Positions 58,463 through 64,000 of a stretch of 64,000 bases of DNA are shown piece after piece. Where the stretch lies: assembly GCA_963706575.1 (NCBI GenBank), contig CAVPNL010000008.1, positions 256,001 to 320,000 on the forward strand, read 5' to 3'. The stretch is from an uncultured delta proteobacterium. GTDB taxonomy: Bacteria; Desulfobacterota; Desulfobacteria; Desulfobacterales; JAHEIW01. The stretch's first letter is position 1. Every line of letters begins with the position of its first letter. The notes under the pieces were generated by a model. It made no database searches, was not told where the DNA came from, and worked only from the letters and a program-made list of their open reading frames with translations. The translations under genes were made by a program, and so were the position numbers.

Positions 58463-60466
58463 ATGAATTCTGATCAAACAACCGCCATAAAAAACGCCCA
58501 GAGCCTGCCCGCTTTGCTGGTCAGAAACGCAGAGCGGTTTGGCGATCGCCGTATCGCGCTGCGCGAAAAAGAATTCGGTATCTGGCAGTCGGTTACCTGG
58601 CGGCAGTATCTGGAACATGTGCGGGATTTCTCCCTGGGATTGATTTCATTGGGTCTTCGCCCGGGGGAAGCGCTGGGAATTATTGGCGACAATCGTCCGG
58701 AATGGGTTTACGCCGAATTGGCCGCCCAGGCAGCAGGGGCCATTCCGTTCGGCATCTTTCAGGATTCCATTTTGAGCGAGGTGGCTTACATTATTGATCA
58801 TTCCGAGGCCGCCATGCTGGTGGCTGAAGACCAGGAGCAGGTGGACAAGATTCTGGATCTGAAAGAGAAATTGCCACGCCTTAAAAAAATTATATATACC
58901 GATCCCAAGGGACTATGGGACTATGAAGAAGATTTACTGATAGAGTTTACTCAGATTGAAACACTGGGCCGGGAATTGCACCAGCAAGAGCCCGATTTGT
59001 TTGATAAAAACGTACGTGACATCAAAGACAGCGATCTGGCGATCGTCTGCTACACCTCGGGGACCACCGGCAATCCCAAAGGCACATTATTGACCCATGC
59101 CAATATCCTCAGCATGGTGGCCTCTTTGAATGAGGCGGATATTAAATCTCCGGAAGATCAGTTTCTTTCGTTTATTCCGCTGCCCTGGATCGTGGAACAG
59201 ACCATGAGTGTATTTTCCGCGCTTTACGCCGGTTATACCGTCAACTTCCCGGAAGAACCCGAATCGGCCATGGCTGATTTATATGAAATTGCACCCAGTC
59301 TGGTGGTGGCATCGCCGCGCATGTGGGAAGGTATTTCGCGTCAGGTAATGGTGAAACACCTGGATGCCTCATTTTTCAAAAAGTTTATTTACAATTTATG
59401 CCTGCCCATTGGATATCGCTGGGCGGAGTTTAAATTTGAAAAAAAGGAGCCTTCGCTGGGCTGGAAAATTATATATTGGCTGGCGTATGCCGCCATGTTC
59501 AGGGCCTTGCGCGACCGTTTGGGTTTTTCCAGGGTCCGTTCGGCCATGACCGGTGGTGCGGCCCTCGGCCCCGATGTTTTTCGATTCTTTCATGCCCTGG
59601 GTGTCAACCTCAAACAGATCTATGGCCAGACCGAAGTGGCCGGTTATTCAACCATCCACCGCGATGGCGATATCAACTTCGACTCGGTCGGAATCCCGGT
59701 TACTGCCGCCGAAATTTCTATATCCGAGCCGGATCCTGAAGGGGTGGGGGAGGTCATATCGCGGGGCCCCGGTCTGTTTCAGGGATACCTCAAGAATGAA
59801 GAAGCCACACAAAGCACCATCATCGGTGGTTGGATGCATACCGGAGATGCCGGGTACTTTACCGACGACGGGCATCTGGTCATCATCGATCGCGTCAAGG
59901 ACCTGATGCATCTGAGCAGCGGGGCCAAGTTTTCACCCATGTTCGTTGAAAATAAGCTCAAGTTTTGCCCGTATATTGTGGAATCGGTGGTTCTGGGGCA
60001 CGAGCAGGACTATGTCACTGCCATGATCTGTATCGATTATAAGCATGTGGGCAAATGGGCGGAAGATCATCGCATTAACTACACCACCTATTCGGACCTG
60101 GCAGGTAAGCCTGAAGTGTATGATCTGATAGAGCGCGAAGTTGTCAGGGTCAACAGCACCCTGCCCGAAAAGGCCAGAATCAATAAGTTCCTCCTGCTTT
60201 ACAAAGAATTGGATCCGGATGATGAGGAACTGACCCGTACCAAAAAAATCCGCCGCGGATTCATCAATGAAAAATACGTCAAGGAAATCAGCGCCCTTTA
60301 CAGCGATGCCGGGGAGCTTCCCATCGAGACCGTCATCCGATACCAGGATGGCAAAACGGCCACGCTGCGCACCAACCTGATTATCCGGAAGATGAAACCG
60401 GAAGCGGAATACCAGGATCTTTTGAAACCGAAAGGATTCTGGGCAAGGTTAAAGGGAGGGATGTAG
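58463..60466 (+). CDS. Long-chain-fatty-acid--CoA ligase family protein
   Basis: YTSGTTGNPKG, YGQTE, HTGDAG, IIDRVKD, ELTRTKKIRR. Confidence 0.92.
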   Translation: MNSDQTTAIKNAQSLPALLVRNAERFGDRRIALREKEFGIWQSVTWRQYLEHVRDFSLGLISLGLRPGEALGIIGDNRPEWVYAELAAQAAGAIPFGIFQDSILSEVAYIIDHSEAAMLVAEDQEQVDKILDLKEKLPRLKKIIYTDPKGLWDYEEDLLIEFTQIETLGRELHQQEPDLFDKNVRDIKDSDLAIVCYTSGTTGNPKGTLLTHANILSMVASLNEADIKSPEDQFLSFIPLPWIVEQTMSVFSALYAGYTVNFPEEPESAMADLYEIAPSLVVASPRMWEGISRQVMVKHLDASFFKKFIYNLCLPIGYRWAEFKFEKKEPSLGWKIIYWLAYAAMFRALRDRLGFSRVRSAMTGGAALGPDVFRFFHALGVNLKQIYGQTEVAGYSTIHRDGDINFDSVGIPVTAAEISISEPDPEGVGEVISRGPGLFQGYLKNEEATQSTIIGGWMHTGDAGYFTDDGHLVIIDRVKDLMHLSSGAKFSPMFVENKLKFCPYIVESVVLGHEQDYVTAMICIDYKHVGKWAEDHRINYTTYSDLAGKPEVYDLIEREVVRVNSTLPEKARINKFLLLYKELDPDDEELTRTKKIRRGFINEKYVKEISALYSDAGELPIETVIRYQDGKTATLRTNLIIRKMKPEAEYQDLLKPKGFWARLKGGM

Positions 60467-60467
60467 A

Positions 60468-61358
60468 TTGCAGAGCGAATTTCTCATCTTTATGCAATTT
60501 TTTCTGACCGGACTTTCCATGGGTTCTATATATGCGCTGGTGGCATTAGGATTCGTATTGATTTACAAGTCCACGTCCATCTTAAATCTGGCCCAGGGCG
60601 AGTTTCTCATGGTCGGGGCCTACATCTGCCTTTCGATGACGCTGGACTTCGGGCTCAATTTTATCGCATCTTTTTTGCTCACCATGGTCTTTTCGGTTAT
60701 CCTTGGGCTGGTGGTTGAGCGTCTGGTGCTGCGACCGCTCATCGGCGAACCCATCATTTCGATTATTATGGTCACCCTCGGCCTCACCTATATTTTAAGA
60801 GGTCTGGTCATCATGCTTTGGGGCAACGATATTCGCCAGTTTAATATCTTCCCCCAGCAACCGCTTGACCTCTGGGGGGTGAAGATTGCCTATCTGTATA
60901 TCTGGAGTCTTGGAATATCGCTGCTGCTGCTCACCTTTTTTGCGGTTTTTTTCAAGTACGCCCGCACCGGCGTATTTATGCGGGCCGTGGCAGACCATCA
61001 GACCGCTGCCCAGAGTATGGGAATCTCGGTTAAACGCGTATTTGCCATCAGCTGGTGTATTGCTGCGGTGGTTTCGTCCATCGGGGGCATCTTGATCGGC
61101 AATATCGGCGGCGTTGGCGTTGCACTGAGCCATATTGGGCTTAAAGTGCTGCCGGCGGTGATCTTCGGCGGTCTTGACAGTATCCTGGGGGCCATCATCG
61201 GCGGTCTGATTGTCGGTATTCTGGAATTTCTGTCAGCCGGGTATCTGGATCCTTATATCCCGGCTATCAATGAAGTATTTCCCTTTATTGTGATGGTGCT
61301 GGTTTTGATGATTAAGCCCTATGGGCTATTTGGGATAGAGGAGATTGAAAGAGTTTAA
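60468..61358 (+). CDS. Branched-chain-type ABC permease (LivH-like)
   Basis: YALVALGFVLIY...NLAQG, MRAVA, GGLDS, KPYGLFG. Confidence 0.92.
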   Translation: MQSEFLIFMQFFLTGLSMGSIYALVALGFVLIYKSTSILNLAQGEFLMVGAYICLSMTLDFGLNFIASFLLTMVFSVILGLVVERLVLRPLIGEPIISIIMVTLGLTYILRGLVIMLWGNDIRQFNIFPQQPLDLWGVKIAYLYIWSLGISLLLLTFFAVFFKYARTGVFMRAVADHQTAAQSMGISVKRVFAISWCIAAVVSSIGGILIGNIGGVGVALSHIGLKVLPAVIFGGLDSILGAIIGGLIVGILEFLSAGYLDPYIPAINEVFPFIVMVLVLMIKPYGLFGIEEIERV

Positions 61359-61422
61359 AAGAATTCGGATTTCGGATTGCGGATTGATAGTTTCAGAACA
61401 AAAAGATTGGAGTTAAGCGGCG

Positions 61423-62463
61423 ATGCCTGCTGGATTATACCACCAAAATTACCGCTCGGATGAGCGCATCTTTCAGACCTGGTTTGTCAGGAGCTGGTTG
61501 ATCGCCTTTTTAATCGCCTGCGTGCTTTTTCCGCTTTTTGCATCTAAATACATGATTTCGACCACGATCGAAGTGGGCATCGCTATCATTGCCTGTCACG
61601 GCTTGAATTTGCTGACCGGTTTTACCGGTCAGATTTCCCTGGGCCATGCGGCCTTTATGGGCGTGGGGGCATATACCAGCTCGATCCTTGTCAGCCACGG
61701 GGTACCCTTTAGCGTCTCCCTGGCTGGTGCCGGTGCAATGGCGGCTTTAATCGGCATGATTTTTGGCATTCCGTCGCTCCGATTAAGGGGGTTGTATCTG
61801 GCCATGGCCACCATTGCGGCCCAATTTATTATCGAGTTTACGATCCGCCGTTGGGATAAGCTGACCGGTGGTGTGGAAGGTATGTATGTGGATCCGGGAA
61901 CGCTGGGGCCGTTCCATTTCGATGATCGCATCCACCTGTATTATCTGACCTTCGTACTTGCCGTGGCGGTTACCATTGCGACCAAGAATATCATTCGGGC
62001 GCGGTCCGGCCGGGCGTTTGTGGCCATCCGCGATCGCTATCTGGCGGCTGAGGTTATCGGCGTCAACCTATTCAAGTACCGCCTGTTGTCTTTTGCGGTA
62101 TCCTCTTTTTTTGCCGGTATTGCCGGCGCTCTGCTGGCTCAATATCTGGAGGTTATTACCCACGAGTCGTTTACGATCTCGCAGTCCATCGACTATCTGG
62201 CCATGTGCATCGTCGGCGGGCTGGGTCACCTACTGGGCGGTTTTTTCGGGGTCGGTTTTTGGTTTATTTTAGAAAGGATTCTGGAGGTAGTCACCACCAC
62301 GCTCAATTCGGCCTATCCCGACCATGTGACCTGGTTTGTATCCATCAGGGAGATTGTTTTTGGGCTGGTCATTATATTGTTTTTAATATTTGAACCGGAC
62401 GGCCTGGCGGCCCGCTGGCGAACCATTCGGGCATACTGGAAGCTGTGGCCGTTCTCTTACTAA
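61423..62463 (+). CDS. Branched-chain-type ABC permease (LivM-like)
   Basis: GFTGQISLGHAAF, RLRGLYLAMAT, GRAFVAIRD, EPDGL. Confidence 0.92.
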   Translation: MPAGLYHQNYRSDERIFQTWFVRSWLIAFLIACVLFPLFASKYMISTTIEVGIAIIACHGLNLLTGFTGQISLGHAAFMGVGAYTSSILVSHGVPFSVSLAGAGAMAALIGMIFGIPSLRLRGLYLAMATIAAQFIIEFTIRRWDKLTGGVEGMYVDPGTLGPFHFDDRIHLYYLTFVLAVAVTIATKNIIRARSGRAFVAIRDRYLAAEVIGVNLFKYRLLSFAVSSFFAGIAGALLAQYLEVITHESFTISQSIDYLAMCIVGGLGHLLGGFFGVGFWFILERILEVVTTTLNSAYPDHVTWFVSIREIVFGLVIILFLIFEPDGLAARWRTIRAYWKLWPFSY

Positions 62464-62482
62464 AGAAAAGGAGGGTAAAATC

Positions 62483-63688
62483 ATGAAAAAATGGATCATT
62501 GGATTTACCATATCGGTATTTTTCCTGGCCATGTTTTTGGGGGTCAGTTCGGGAAATGCCCGTGCCGCCGAGGAGATCAAGTGGGGCGTACTAATTGACC
62601 TATCGGGCCCGACCTCGGACTGGGGTAAAAACCAGGTCAAGGGACAGTTGGATGCCATGCGCTGGGTCAATGAGAATGGCGGCATCAACGGCAAGCAACT
62701 GAAGCTGATTGTCATTGATGACGGTTACAAGGTCCCGCGCGGAGTGGCCGGTTACAACCGGCTGGTGGATTCGGAAAAGGTCATCGGCCTTTACATTCAA
62801 TCCACCGGTACCACCATGACCCTTATAAAAAAGATTATCGCAGACGGTGTTGCCACGATCGCGGCCTCTTTTACTTCAAAATTTCAAAATCCTAAAAAGA
62901 CACCCTTTAGTTTTTTCGTTTCTCCTTCTTATGGGACAATGGGGCGTATCTCGCTGAAGTGGATCCGGACGACATGGAAAGACAGCAGCCGCAATCCCAG
63001 GATCTGCTTTCTGTATCCGGATAACAAATACGGACAGGATATTTTAGATGTTTGTAAAGACTATGCCAAAAAAATCGGCGTGGATGTGGGTCCGGATCAG
63101 GTCATCAATTGGCCCACCAAGGATGCCACAGTTCAATTAACCAATATGAGTCGCTATGATCCTGATTATGCATATATTACTTCAACGGCCATGAATGGCG
63201 CCGTCATTCTGAAGAACGCGAAGGCTTTGGGACTCAGGACCAAGTTTATTTCCAATATTCGTAATTTTGAGGAAACCCTTATCCCGCTTAGCGGTGGAGC
63301 TGCCAACGGGAGTTATGGTGTTCATCCCATTGCCCCTTATGGAGCGCCGGTACCCGGAATGAAAAAGGTGGTCGCGTCCCACGAGAATTGGCATTCGGGG
63401 GAAAAGGGCACCAACGTTTATGTGGAAGGCTGGGTGAACATCCTGGCTGTATCCGAAGCCTTGAAGTTGGCGGATAAAGCCGGTGACCTGACGCCGTCCG
63501 GGATTCGGAATGCCTTTGAAACATTTAAAAATTTCAGTACCGGTGGACTGGCACCGCCGCTGACCTTTACCAGTACGGATCATCGTGCCAGTATGGCTGC
63601 TAAGATGTATGAGGTCAAAGGCAACAAGTTCATCGCCGTCTCCGACTGGATAGAGTTGCCCAGGGATATGGAGTACTTTGGCAAATAA
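62483..63688 (+). CDS. ABC transporter substrate-binding protein (LivJ/K fold)
   Basis: Signal peptide; DLSGPT, NENGGING, DDGY; aggagg RBS before ATG 62483. Confidence 0.92.
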   Translation: MKKWIIGFTISVFFLAMFLGVSSGNARAAEEIKWGVLIDLSGPTSDWGKNQVKGQLDAMRWVNENGGINGKQLKLIVIDDGYKVPRGVAGYNRLVDSEKVIGLYIQSTGTTMTLIKKIIADGVATIAASFTSKFQNPKKTPFSFFVSPSYGTMGRISLKWIRTTWKDSSRNPRICFLYPDNKYGQDILDVCKDYAKKIGVDVGPDQVINWPTKDATVQLTNMSRYDPDYAYITSTAMNGAVILKNAKALGLRTKFISNIRNFEETLIPLSGGAANGSYGVHPIAPYGAPVPGMKKVVASHENWHSGEKGTNVYVEGWVNILAVSEALKLADKAGDLTPSGIRNAFETFKNFSTGGLAPPLTFTSTDHRASMAAKMYEVKGNKFIAVSDWIELPRDMEYFGK

Positions 63689-63695
63689 TTCATAA

Positions 63696-63766
63696 ATGCC
63701 TGTTGTCAGTGGTCCGTTGTGAGTTGGGTGAGCAACGGGCCACAGGCAACGGACCACTATCGGCAT
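63696..63766. repeat. Tandem-array palindrome, 7-bp unit (GTKGTCM / CAACGGR)
   Basis: atgcc-tgttgtcagtggtccgttgt ... gcaacgggccacaggcaacggaccact-atcggcat. Confidence 0.8.
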
Positions 63767-63799
63767 CTTAATGCTATATTTTTTAATCAAGGGAAACGT

Positions 63800-64000
63800 A
63801 TGCTCGAATTGAATCTACCCGGACGATTCAATGCCGCTGAATATTTTGTAGACCGCAATGTAGACGAAGGCCGCGGCGAACAAACGGCCATCCTTTTTGA
63901 GGATCAAGCGTATACCTATCGCCAGTTTCTCGAAAACGTCAACCGCATGGCCAATGTGCTGACCGGGCTGGGCGTCGGCATGGAAAAGCGCGTCATGCTC
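63800..64000 (+). CDS. Benzoate-CoA ligase family protein, 5' fragment cut by the window end
   Basis: My translation MLELNLPGRFNAAEYFVDRNVDEGRGEQTAILFEDQAYTY...NRMANVLTGLGVGMEKRVML. Confidence 0.75.
   Translation, partial: MLELNLPGRFNAAEYFVDRNVDEGRGEQTAILFEDQAYTYRQFLENVNRMANVLTGLGVGMEKRVML

Overview
Core-chromosome segment of a bacterium that looks like an anaerobic deltaproteobacterium (Desulfobacterales-like; inferred from gene content and order, not from a marker search). About 52 genes, mostly housekeeping: thpR-recA-alaS, plsB-murU/amgK-dapB, a 2-oxoacid:ferredoxin oxidoreductase operon, hisC-cmk-rpsA, guaB, dnaE, recJ, miaB, and an acyl-CoA ligase/Liv-type ABC cluster. I saw no rRNA, tRNA, CRISPR array or transposase. 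The main unexplained structure is non-coding. About 18 intergenic spaces hold palindromic elements built from a short tandem array of a 7-10 bp unit, a spacer, and the reverse-complement array. At least nine unit families occur. Several elements recur as dispersed copies, nest inside one another, carry tiny GC-rich hairpin insertions, and one pair has its core flipped. This suggests a family of small mobile or recombinogenic elements whose enzyme is not in this window. Other points the ORF track misses or obscures: a PrdB/GrdB-like selenoprotein read through an in-frame UGA (U-x-x-C plus a SECIS-like hairpin); a solitary integron attC site between an NYN-nuclease gene and an RRM gene; a DnaA-box-like cluster and tandem NrdR-like boxes over a consensus sigma70 promoter that drives only a lone receiver protein; and a MamI-like membrane protein with no magnetosome context. 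All calls are by eye; no searches were run.
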